DNA of 64,000 bases, from NCBI GenBank assembly GCA_963674945.2, contig CAXXWQ010000004.1, positions 1,152,001-1,216,000 on the forward strand, given 5' to 3'. A model generated the notes under the pieces. The model did not search any database and was not told the origin of the DNA. It worked only from the letters and a program-made list of their open reading frames with translations. Positions within the stretch are counted from its first letter, which is position 1. The number at the start of each line of letters is the position of its first letter. Position numbers and translations under genes: made by a program. Shown in pieces: positions 52,713 through 61,325 of the stretch. This stretch comes from an uncultured Desulfosarcina sp. (lineage in GTDB: Bacteria; Desulfobacterota; Desulfobacteria; Desulfobacterales; Desulfosarcinaceae).

Positions 52713-53719
52713 CGACCTCCTGTTTTTCGTAATAACACGGCAAAAAACGGTGCCCCGATAATAGCGGTGAGGATACTCAGGGGAATCTCCGCGGAAGTCG
52801 CGGCCCGGGCCAGGTCATCGATGATGAGCAAGGAAAAAGCCCCGATGGAAACACAGGCCGGCATCAAGGCCTTGTGGTTGGGACCCACCAGCATTCTGCC
52901 GATATGGGGAATAACCAGCCCGACCCAGCCCACGATGCCGCACAGGGAAACGGCTGCGGCCGTTATCACGGTGGCCGCCGTAATAATGATCCACCGAAGC
53001 CACCGAGTATTGATGCCCAGGGCCTGAGCTTCTTCCTCGCCCAAGGACAGGATGTTGATCTTCCATCGCAACAAAAGAAGTAAGACGCTGCCGATCAGAA
53101 TGGGCGGCCCCCCCCACAAAAGGTCCTTGTAAGAACTCCCGGCCATGCTCCCCATGAGCCAGTAGACGATGGTGGGCAGTTGTTCCTCCGGATCGGCCAC
53201 GTATTTCGTGAGCCCGATAAGGGCCGTAAAAAAGGCTCCCACGATCACGCCGGCAAGCACCAGCATGAGGAGGGATGTCCCTGTCTTGAGCCGGCTGATC
53301 AAGCATGCCAGCACCACGGCCAGAATACCAAAGGCAAAGGCGAACAATTGAATGGCAATGGCCTCTCCGGAGGTCAGGATGCCGATACAGGCCCCGAATC
53401 CGGCCCCAGCGGAGACGCCGAGGATGTCGGGGCTTACCAGGGGATTTCGAAAAAGGCCCTGAAATGCGGCACCGGCCACTGCCAATCCCGATCCCACCAG
53501 AACGGCCAGTAGCAAGCGCGGCAACCGGATTTGAAGCACCACGGATTCCTCTATGGCGGTCCAGGTGGCGTCAACCGGTAAGAAGCGCGAAATAAAAATG
53601 TCAAACCCCGTACCCGGGGAGATGCTATATCTTCCCATGTATACGGAAAGCCCAAAGGCCAGGATCGGCAATATAATCAGCACCGGCGTGGTGATCCGTA
53701 TTCGCTCTTTTTTCAACAT
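52703..53719 (-). CDS. FecCD/BtuC family ABC importer permease
   Basis: IRLPR, QGLFRNPLVSPDILGVSAGA, LGEEEAQALG, GWVGLVIPH. Confidence 0.95.
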   Translation of the reverse strand: MLKKERIRITTPVLIILPILAFGLSVYMGRYSISPGTGFDIFISRFLPVDATWTAIEESVVLQIRLPRLLLAVLVGSGLAVAGAAFQGLFRNPLVSPDILGVSAGAGFGACIGILTSGEAIAIQLFAFAFGILAVVLACLISRLKTGTSLLMLVLAGVIVGAFFTALIGLTKYVADPEEQLPTIVYWLMGSMAGSSYKDLLWGGPPILIGSVLLLLLRWKINILSLGEEEAQALGINTRWLRWIIITAATVITAAAVSLCGIVGWVGLVIPHIGRMLVGPNHKALMPACVSIGAFSLLIIDDLARAATSAEIPLSILTAIIGAPFFAVLLRKTGGRWT

Positions 53720-53774
53720 ATCGCTTCCTTTTCAAAATCGGCCCTGCGCATAGAAAAGGTCTTCTTTCACACAT

Positions 53775-54941
53775 TCACATTCGGGATCCTTTGGCAGCTG
53801 AACGCACGGGATGAAGAATCCGTTCCACCTGCTCATCGGAAAGTTGGTAATGATAGAATCGAGAATAAAATTTCTTAATCTCTTCTTCTATGGTGAAGTC
53901 ACGAAACAATTCCGGATGATTTTTCTGGGCCATCCATTTCAGCATGAGCGGCGCATCCGGATTCGGAGGATACCATCCGTATATCCCCAGGGGAATCTTA
54001 TAGACCTTTCCCTTTTTCACCGCGTTCACGATGCTCCAGTTCTGTCCTTCCACGGTGTTTTGTAACAGCGCCTCGGGCAGTGTGTCGCTGAAATTACTGA
54101 TGTAGATGATGTCCGGATTCCACTGGTAGATCTGCTCCATATTCACGGAAACCCGGCCCGACACGCACGCCGCCATATTGACCGCGCCGGTGGACGTGAT
54201 CCAGAAATGGCCATAGTGACCGGTTCCGGGGATATTGATTTCCTCTGCACTGTGGTAGTAGAGAATAAGCACCTTAGGCCGTCGTTTCTGGGGCACGCCC
54301 CGCAGCCTGGATGCGATCATCTCCATGGTCGCAAGATTGTATGCGATCAGTTCGGCCGCCTTTTCTTCCTCTTGAAAAATGCTGCCCACCAGGGTGATCC
54401 ATGTATTCAGGGTTTCCATGGCGTTTCCGCCGCTGATGGTGTGAACGGCCACGGCGGGGATGTCGATGGCGTCAAACTGCTGCCGCTGCCTGGGATACAA
54501 TCCCCAGAAGATAAAGAGGTCCGGCTCCAGTTTGAGGGCCTCTTCGATGTTCAGGTCCTTGCCCTTGACAAAGCCCGCAGCCATGTTCATCAGTTCCGGT
54601 GCCAGGACACCCAGCATGGAGATTCTTGCCTTGCTTTTGACCGCCGGGTGTATGCCCACGATTTTTTTGCATGAGCCGGTCACCGCATAACAGACCGCCG
54701 GAAGCGGAAAGGAGGTAACAATCACCCGATCGATGGATTCGGGGAGCCGGACCCGTCTGTTGTCCTGATCCGTTACCGTCCGCCAGGTACGATCCTGTGC
54801 CGCCGGTATGTCGGACACGGCAGCCCCTGACGGAAACGCACCTTCCGTGTTGTCACATCCGGTCATCACCATAAAGGTCAGGACCGGAATCAGCATCAGG
54901 GCATTACCAAGGGTACGTTTTGTTGCATACGTCCTTTTCAT
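53775..54941 (-). CDS. Periplasmic binding lipoprotein (FecB/BtuF class)
   Basis: Lipobox MTGC, VTDQDNRRV.LP, NIEEALKLEPD, VNMEQIYQWNPDII, AVKKGKVY. Confidence 0.92.
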   Translation of the reverse strand: MKRTYATKRTLGNALMLIPVLTFMVMTGCDNTEGAFPSGAAVSDIPAAQDRTWRTVTDQDNRRVRLPESIDRVIVTSFPLPAVCYAVTGSCKKIVGIHPAVKSKARISMLGVLAPELMNMAAGFVKGKDLNIEEALKLEPDLFIFWGLYPRQRQQFDAIDIPAVAVHTISGGNAMETLNTWITLVGSIFQEEEKAAELIAYNLATMEMIASRLRGVPQKRRPKVLILYYHSAEEINIPGTGHYGHFWITSTGAVNMAACVSGRVSVNMEQIYQWNPDIIYISNFSDTLPEALLQNTVEGQNWSIVNAVKKGKVYKIPLGIYGWYPPNPDAPLMLKWMAQKNHPELFRDFTIEEEIKKFYSRFYHYQLSDEQVERILHPVRSAAKGSRM

Positions 54942-56140
54942 CCTCTTATCCCGTTTGCACAGGTCCTTACCTTTTCCTGAAAATACCATGCCCCTTCCGG
55001 GCCGATGAAACTCGGGCCGTCATCCCAGTACAGACGGCTGGACAGGGCGATATGGGGAAAGGCGATGAATTGCCCCTTTCCGGACGAAGCCGTTAGACCC
55101 CGATATAAGGGATCTCCCACAATGACGGAATACGGATGCCTTTGTGTCAATGTAATCAGATCATCTTCCCCCTCAAGACGAATATCACATTCCTCTGAAA
55201 GCCATGGATCCATGTCAAAAAAAGAGGCCACGGTCACCCTGGAAAACCCCAAATCCAGACGCAGGCAGTTGCGGACGGCATTTGCCGTCACCTGTTCGCC
55301 CAGCACGAGCACTTCTCGTGTATCCAGTACGGGAAAAGAAGACGGTGGCTGTCCCATGCCCGACGTCTTGTCCAGATCAAGTAAGAAACGAACGTCGTTG
55401 ATAAAATGTTCAGTGGGTTTGCTTCCGATGGGTAAGCCCACCAGAAAGGGAATACCCTGTTCGCGCTCAAGGAAACGAGCGGCTGCAAGACCCGTACGGG
55501 AAACAACGATATTGAGCCTGGCTTCGGCCGACGCCGCAATCTCATCGAGGGAGGAACCCATGGCCCAGCATGAAACGATTCTGCAGCCGGCATTGGTGAG
55601 AAGGGTAAAAAACCGTTCCTTGTGCAGACCGTATCCGAAATCAAGGGGGGTCAGACCGATAATATTGACACCGATCTCATGGGTCGATAGGCGCGGTTTT
55701 ACAAAGCGGCGCGCCAATTCCAAAAAGGCATCGGAGGCCCCGTGATCGTAAGTATTGAGTCCATTGGTGTCAAACACCAGGATCGGCAGTTCTGTCCGTT
55801 GAGAAAGGATATGGCCCAGAGCCCGAAAGTCCGTTCCGATCACCATGGGGGCAGGGCTGCCCACGAGGGCGATAAAGTGCGGATGGATGGTTGTAAGGGC
55901 GTTTTCGATCTTGGTGAGCAGCTTTTCATCATCCCCCACAACCGCATCGATTTCTCGCAGACCACTGCTCATGACCGCGCTGGTGCTGCCGTACCAGCGG
56001 GGCTCGTCATAGGCGGTGAAATTACCGATGCACCCGCCACCATCATGGATCACCACCAACCCGCCCAGATCGAAGAGCGCAGAACACACGCCCGAATAGT
56101 CGGGTGCAAAGGGCGGTAATATGGAGTAGAGTCCTTTCAT
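54938..56140 (-). CDS. Nitrogenase component-1-like subunit (NifK/BchB-like)
   Basis: PDYSGVCSAL...VIHDGGGC, SSGLREIDAVVGDDEKL, IGTD, ARLNIVV oxidoreductase pattern. Confidence 0.85.
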   Translation of the reverse strand: MKGLYSILPPFAPDYSGVCSALFDLGGLVVIHDGGGCIGNFTAYDEPRWYGSTSAVMSSGLREIDAVVGDDEKLLTKIENALTTIHPHFIALVGSPAPMVIGTDFRALGHILSQRTELPILVFDTNGLNTYDHGASDAFLELARRFVKPRLSTHEIGVNIIGLTPLDFGYGLHKERFFTLLTNAGCRIVSCWAMGSSLDEIAASAEARLNIVVSRTGLAAARFLEREQGIPFLVGLPIGSKPTEHFINDVRFLLDLDKTSGMGQPPSSFPVLDTREVLVLGEQVTANAVRNCLRLDLGFSRVTVASFFDMDPWLSEECDIRLEGEDDLITLTQRHPYSVIVGDPLYRGLTASSGKGQFIAFPHIALSSRLYWDDGPSFIGPEGAWYFQEKVRTCANGIRG

Positions 56141-56152
56141 TTATGATGATCC

Positions 56153-57463
56153 TTATAAAACCATGCCGGAGGCATACATCTGTTCCCGGTGATTCCGGGG
56201 ATGCTCGAGGGCATGATGCATTTCACTCAACAAAAAAGTGACCGCCTGAAACCCGAAAGGCTGTTTCTCCAGGCCCAGGGGAACGGTCACGGCATTCCGG
56301 CAAAAGTATCCGGCGTCAAATCCGATGGCCACATCCGCCGTCAACGCCTCATTGATCAGGCCAGCCATGGTCGGATGCAAGTTGGTAAAAACCTTTATTC
56401 CCAACCGTCGACGCCGGAGCCATTGAATGTGCTCCAAGTCAATATCCAGGATCTGATCCGCAATGATGTAGCGGACCCGAAAGCCGAATTCACTTAAAGC
56501 CCGGGCAAGCTCGAAAGGCGTTGCATTGGCCGTGGATCCAACGGCCATGTCCAGCGGGCCCAGGATTTTTCCATATGCCCGAATCGTGTCCAGGGCCGCT
56601 TCGCGATAAGTATGCGTATTCAGCTTCACATCCAGGGCCTGTTCCAGCAGGCCGTAATTGCGGGCAATAATGTCCGGGGTATAGGATACGGGTGCGTAAC
56701 AATAAGGCGTTCCGAGTTTTCTGTGCAGGTGTTCCACGGCCAGCCGACCGGCCGGCCGGATCAGCAGGTTATGGGCCGAACGACTCATTTGTTGAAATTC
56801 CGCCAACGTGGCACATGCCCCCACATGGCGAATGTGATTGATGCCTGCCTCTGCCATCAACGGATACAACTCACTCTCCGCATCAACAGGGACAAAATTC
56901 CCCATGACATTGACCGCCCTCTCTTGCTCAACAGGCGGTTCAAGAAAATCATACAAGGCCCGCTGGACGGTTAACAGAGGCGGTGTTTTTCCGTCCGTGG
57001 CGATGGGATCCATGTGACAGATGCGAATTGGAACGCCGTGTACCGCCTCCAAATGCCGAGCAAGCCCGTCATAGTCCGAGCCCAGCAGATCATCCAGACA
57101 GGAGGCACAGATGAGCATCGCCTTTGGCTGCGGCTGACGCATTGCCAGGATTTCACCGACGGCCAGGGGTATTTTTTCCATATGGTTCCCGGTTACGATA
57201 TCCGTTTCGGTTACGTGCAGCAGGAACAGGCGTTCCTTGAAGCCCAGTTGAAGGGCTGCAATGGCGCCGTGACGACCGCAGCCGGCCGGTGCGACCAGGA
57301 GCAGTACGGATTCGGGAACCAAAAGCCCCACCCGAACGATTCCCCATCCCCCGGCGCTTGCCGGACAGTAATGGAGGCAATCCGGCGATATCAACCGGTG
57401 CCGCTGAATCGCATCCGTATGTTCCAGTTCACTTACCGGGATGCAATAGGCCGTCATGTTCAC
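56153..57463 (-). CDS. Nitrogenase component-1-like subunit (NifD/BchN-like)
   Basis: [46 protein letters not shown]. Confidence 0.85.
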   Translation of the reverse strand: MNMTAYCIPVSELEHTDAIQRHRLISPDCLHYCPASAGGWGIVRVGLLVPESVLLLVAPAGCGRHGAIAALQLGFKERLFLLHVTETDIVTGNHMEKIPLAVGEILAMRQPQPKAMLICASCLDDLLGSDYDGLARHLEAVHGVPIRICHMDPIATDGKTPPLLTVQRALYDFLEPPVEQERAVNVMGNFVPVDAESELYPLMAEAGINHIRHVGACATLAEFQQMSRSAHNLLIRPAGRLAVEHLHRKLGTPYCYAPVSYTPDIIARNYGLLEQALDVKLNTHTYREAALDTIRAYGKILGPLDMAVGSTANATPFELARALSEFGFRVRYIIADQILDIDLEHIQWLRRRRLGIKVFTNLHPTMAGLINEALTADVAIGFDAGYFCRNAVTVPLGLEKQPFGFQAVTFLLSEMHHALEHPRNHREQMYASGMVL

Positions 57464-58218
57464 AAATCCCCCCGGGCTTGGGATATGCGGCGGGCGATAG
57501 CGAAAAGGGTTTGTGACACAGCGAGTTCCGGATTTCCCTGAATGACCGTTTGGTGCTGTTGCTCAAAGTACTGGATCTGACGATCCCGGGGAATGTCACC
57601 CATGATTTCCGTGTTTATCTCTTGTGCGAATCGTGTCACAATGGTTTCCTCATTTTCTACGTCGCGCCGGTTCAGAATCAGACCACGCAACCGGGCATAA
57701 TTCCGGTCGGCAAAGCTATCGATGGCCGTCTTGATGTTGTTGGCGGCAAACAGAGCCATCTTCTCCCCTGATGTTACAATAATGACCTCGTCAGCATAGC
57801 CCTCCCGCAGGGGCATGGCAAACCCGCCGCATACCACGTCGCCCAGCACATCAAATAGGACGAAATCCGGACGATAGACATCAAAGGCATGCAGATCCTC
57901 GAGTATAGTAAAGGCCGTAATAATCCCCCTGCCCGCGCAGCCGCGGCCCGGGGTGGGGCCGCCTGCTTCGACACATAGAATACCGTTAAACCCCTCAACA
58001 ACAATGTCCGAAAGAGAGGAACACGACCCGTGTTCCTGAAGAAATGCCATGACCGGCGTGACGGCCCTGCCATTTGTCAGATTAACGGTGGAGTCCGCCT
58101 TTGGATCGCAGCCGATTTGCATGACCTTAAATCCCAGCATGGAAAGTGCGGCGGACAGGGAGCCGGTAATGGTTGATTTACCGATTCCCCCTTTGCCGTA
58201 AAAAGCGATTTTTCGCAT
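57460..58218 (-). CDS. NifH-like Fe protein (ATP-dependent reductase; group IV / NflH type)
   Basis: [52 protein letters not shown]; 252 aa, short C-terminus. Confidence 0.93.
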   Translation of the reverse strand: MRKIAFYGKGGIGKSTITGSLSAALSMLGFKVMQIGCDPKADSTVNLTNGRAVTPVMAFLQEHGSCSSLSDIVVEGFNGILCVEAGGPTPGRGCAGRGIITAFTILEDLHAFDVYRPDFVLFDVLGDVVCGGFAMPLREGYADEVIIVTSGEKMALFAANNIKTAIDSFADRNYARLRGLILNRRDVENEETIVTRFAQEINTEIMGDIPRDRQIQYFEQQHQTVIQGNPELAVSQTLFAIARRISQARGDL

Positions 58219-58244
58219 GTTTCATCTCTGTTGATATTTGGGTT

Positions 58245-58275
58245 GCCCATCCATCACCCTCGGTGATGGATGGGC
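58245..58275. other. Perfect 14-bp intergenic hairpin
   Basis: GCCCATCCATCACC-CTC-GGTGATGGATGGGC between the receptor gene and the nifH-like gene. Confidence 0.8.
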
Positions 58276-58281
58276 GTGTGT

Positions 58282-60477
58282 CTAAAATCTGGACGTCAAG
58301 GAGACGGATACACACCGGCCTGGTTCCAGCAGGGGATTGGTATCGCTCCTATCATAGGATATATCTTCTGTTGTGGTCGGATTGCGGTATTTCTCGTCCA
58401 GGATGTTCTCTACTGCCATGCGCAACTCCATGTCCGGAAGACGAGAGGACAGTTTCCTGATGTCAAACCCCATATAGAGGTTCCATATGAAGTAGGCGTC
58501 GGTCTCCCGTTCCTGGGTGTCATCGATGCGGTCCTTTTCGGCCGACCATTTATTGGTGGCTTCAATGTAAAAATCCTTGCTGTCGGGCGTATAACGGACG
58601 CCCACAAGACCATTGAGGGGCGCGATATAAGGCAGTGGTGTATCGGTTTTGGTGTCCGTGCCGTGCAAGTAGGCAGCATTCATGAAGGCCTTCCAGTTTT
58701 CGTTCGCCACCCAGGAGGCGTCCAGTTCAAGGCCTTTGATGCGGGCTTCGCCCACGTTCTGTCGCTGCGTGGCGGTTGTTCCTGCGTAGATGGTGGAGTC
58801 CACGGTCTTTCTGACGATCAGGTCTTCATACTCACTCCAAAACCCCGTCAGATTGGCGGTCACGATCGGCAAGCGCAATCGTATGCCCACCTCGTGAGTC
58901 ATTCCCTTTTCCGGATCAAGGTCGGGATTGGGTTCAAAACCGGAGCTCATCTCGAATTTCTCAGTACTCGTGGGCGCGCGGTAAGTGGTGCTGGAGTTTG
59001 CCGTGAAATGCAAGATGGGGATCGGTCGGTAGATCACCCCCGCACTTCCGGTAACGGGGTAGTCGCTCGACTCGGTGGAGCCCGTGTAATTGGGGACATC
59101 GTCCTTTGCTTCGGAACGGAAATAATCCAACCGGCCGCTTGCAGAAATCGTCCACTTCTCCGACGGATCCCAGTCATCATGCACGAACAGCCCCACATTG
59201 AGCTGGGAAGAATCGATTCCGGATTTTTTTCGGGCGGAGTAAGACGTCAGATTTCCATCCGCATCATACTTGGCTACCTCTTGCTCCGAGGCGTCGCGGT
59301 CCTCATAAAAGAAATCCGTGCCGATGGTAAGGGAATTGGTGGCCCCCCATGATTGAACACCGAACAATTTGCCCCCTGTGATCAACGGGCCGTCCACATA
59401 GACGTCGGCCTTGGTCAGACTCGAGGCGGGATCATCCTTGGGGCGTTTTTTCACGATCATATGCGTATACAGATCCCTTGCATACAAACTGGCCTCGATG
59501 TGCTCAAGCCCCAGGGTCCTCTCGCCTTGGTAATGGATCTTTGCCATTTTTTCCTTGAACGGCTCCTGCCTCCGTACATTATAGGGATAACCGGGCACGG
59601 CATAGATGCCTCCTGCCTGCCCCTGTTCCACTTCCATGTATTTTGCGGACAGTTCGATTCGATGATCTTGGGCCAGGGTATATCCGAGTTTCAGATCCGT
59701 GGACCATGACTCCATGTCGCTGTTGGCAATCTCCCCATCCGGACTTTCATAATCGTCCGACTTGCTACCGGAGAGCCCTATAAGCATATCAAAACCGTTT
59801 CCCACCCCCTGAACTTCAAGGGAACCCTTTCGAAGATTGCTGGCGCTGGAATAGGATAGCGATCTTAACCGGGGGGACAGTGTAAACGGTCCGTCAATGT
59901 CGCCTTCGGCCTTTCGGGTGATGACGTTGATCAGACCGGCCATGGAGTCGGTGCCGTACATGGAGGCGGCAGGACCGCGGATGACTTCAATGCGTTCAAT
60001 GCGGCTCGGGTCAAGGGCAATATACTCAAAGGTATTGCGACCCCGAAAACGATCCCCGTCAATGAAGAGGGGAGAGCGTGAATCATTGGAGTTGAATCCC
60101 CGTAAGTTGACCTGTCCGCCCAAGGGGCCTGCCCGGGAAAAGGATATTCCCGGAATCTCATCCAGTAATTCCAATATGGTGGCGGGATTGCGGGTCTCGA
60201 TGGTCTCTTTGTCGATCACGCTGACCGGCTTTGGTGTCAAATCCACGGCCCGTTCCGTCCGTGTCGTGGTCACCACCATTTCTCCCAAATCGATGGGCGC
60301 TTTTATTTGGCTCGTTTTCTCTCCGTTTTTTTCCTCCTTTTCCAGGGTCTGTTCGATTTCCGTACTGCTCAGGGTCGTCTCATCCATTTTTTCCGCAGCC
60401 GAGGTCTGCGATTGTTCAAGAAAGACAAGGGCGATCATCAGACTCAACAAACAACTAGCTCTTCGTACACCTTTCAT
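58282..60477 (-). CDS. TonB-dependent outer-membrane receptor (heme/cobalamin/metal-chelate class)
   Basis: Signal peptide, MVVTTTRTE TonB-box region, IERIEVIRGPAASMYG plug, NPDLDPE, ENILDEKY...PGR, C-terminal Phe. Confidence 0.95.
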   Translation of the reverse strand: MKGVRRASCLLSLMIALVFLEQSQTSAAEKMDETTLSSTEIEQTLEKEEKNGEKTSQIKAPIDLGEMVVTTTRTERAVDLTPKPVSVIDKETIETRNPATILELLDEIPGISFSRAGPLGGQVNLRGFNSNDSRSPLFIDGDRFRGRNTFEYIALDPSRIERIEVIRGPAASMYGTDSMAGLINVITRKAEGDIDGPFTLSPRLRSLSYSSASNLRKGSLEVQGVGNGFDMLIGLSGSKSDDYESPDGEIANSDMESWSTDLKLGYTLAQDHRIELSAKYMEVEQGQAGGIYAVPGYPYNVRRQEPFKEKMAKIHYQGERTLGLEHIEASLYARDLYTHMIVKKRPKDDPASSLTKADVYVDGPLITGGKLFGVQSWGATNSLTIGTDFFYEDRDASEQEVAKYDADGNLTSYSARKKSGIDSSQLNVGLFVHDDWDPSEKWTISASGRLDYFRSEAKDDVPNYTGSTESSDYPVTGSAGVIYRPIPILHFTANSSTTYRAPTSTEKFEMSSGFEPNPDLDPEKGMTHEVGIRLRLPIVTANLTGFWSEYEDLIVRKTVDSTIYAGTTATQRQNVGEARIKGLELDASWVANENWKAFMNAAYLHGTDTKTDTPLPYIAPLNGLVGVRYTPDSKDFYIEATNKWSAEKDRIDDTQERETDAYFIWNLYMGFDIRKLSSRLPDMELRMAVENILDEKYRNPTTTEDISYDRSDTNPLLEPGRCVSVSLTSRF

Positions 60478-60740
60478 ACCTCAATCTTCCTCCTGATTTC
60501 GGGGCCTGCGCGAAGCCCGTGGAGTCGTGATAAAAAATGAACTGTCTTTGAAATCAACGACCCTTGTTTACTGTTGACAATACCCCCGATCCGTCTGAAA
60601 GAGGTGCGCATTGAATCCGGTCGAATTGCTTTTTTCTCTCCGGAGGATAATTCTTTCCCGGCCCGGGATTTTTCCTGTTACTGCCTCACCCGGGTCTTGT
60701 TTTGCGAATCATGATAAACTGACACCCATGCGGCATGCGC

Positions 60741-61316
60741 CTATTCTCCGCGTATTACGCCCTTTACGGCGGTAATGGTCTTTTCTGGTTTCAGAAGGCC
60801 TGCCGGCGTCAAATTCAGACCGGGGATATCCGACCCGATCATTTCAAGAAAGACGCTTTGGGCCTTAAGGGAAAAATCCTGATACCCCGGGCTGTATCGC
60901 CGGGTGGTACTGCTTTTCTCCCGCTCACATTCCCGAACAATTTTTTTGTCCAGGTTCCTCATCTCCCCTTCCACGAGATAGCTTCCCATGCGGTCCAGAA
61001 TGTACCCGGAGAACGTCTCGTTTTGTGCAAAATAATCCCGGGAACGTCGTTCCAGGTCATCCCCCAGGCTCACGGCCATGAGCCAAACCTGATGGGCCTC
61101 GGCCAGCAGCCGGGTAATGGCCTTGTTTTGCCGGGCGTGTGAATGAAAAAGGAGAAAAAATTCATTCACGGGAAGCAGATGGCGCCAACGCCGCACATCA
61201 AGCAACTGATGGGCCTCGTTCCAGAGTCGTGCGGTCTGTTCCATGGCGAGAGAGTCCTTTTCAATCTGAAGATATTTCAGGACTTTTTCCGTGAGTCGCG
61301 GTATCTCCCCTGCCAT
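60741..61316 (-). CDS. Stand-alone B12-dependent methionine synthase activation-domain-like protein
   Basis: MAVSLG..LE, YILDRMGS..VE, RRYSPGYQDFSL..Q, L.PEKTITAV.G. Confidence 0.85.
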   Translation of the reverse strand: MAGEIPRLTEKVLKYLQIEKDSLAMEQTARLWNEAHQLLDVRRWRHLLPVNEFFLLFHSHARQNKAITRLLAEAHQVWLMAVSLGDDLERRSRDYFAQNETFSGYILDRMGSYLVEGEMRNLDKKIVRECEREKSSTTRRYSPGYQDFSLKAQSVFLEMIGSDIPGLNLTPAGLLKPEKTITAVKGVIRGE

Positions 61317-61325
61317 GACGCCCTC

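Noticed and set aside
54938..58218. Genuine N2-fixing nitrogenase nifHDK
   Set aside because: Subunits are short and divergent, lack recognisable FeMo-co ligands and a full P-cluster set, and no nifB/E/N or nitrogen regulators are nearby
54938..58218. CfbCD (F430 synthesis) or DPOR/COR assignment
   Set aside because: CfbD is a single homodimeric subunit encoded with cfbA/B/E and there are two different subunits here; no bch/chl genes are present
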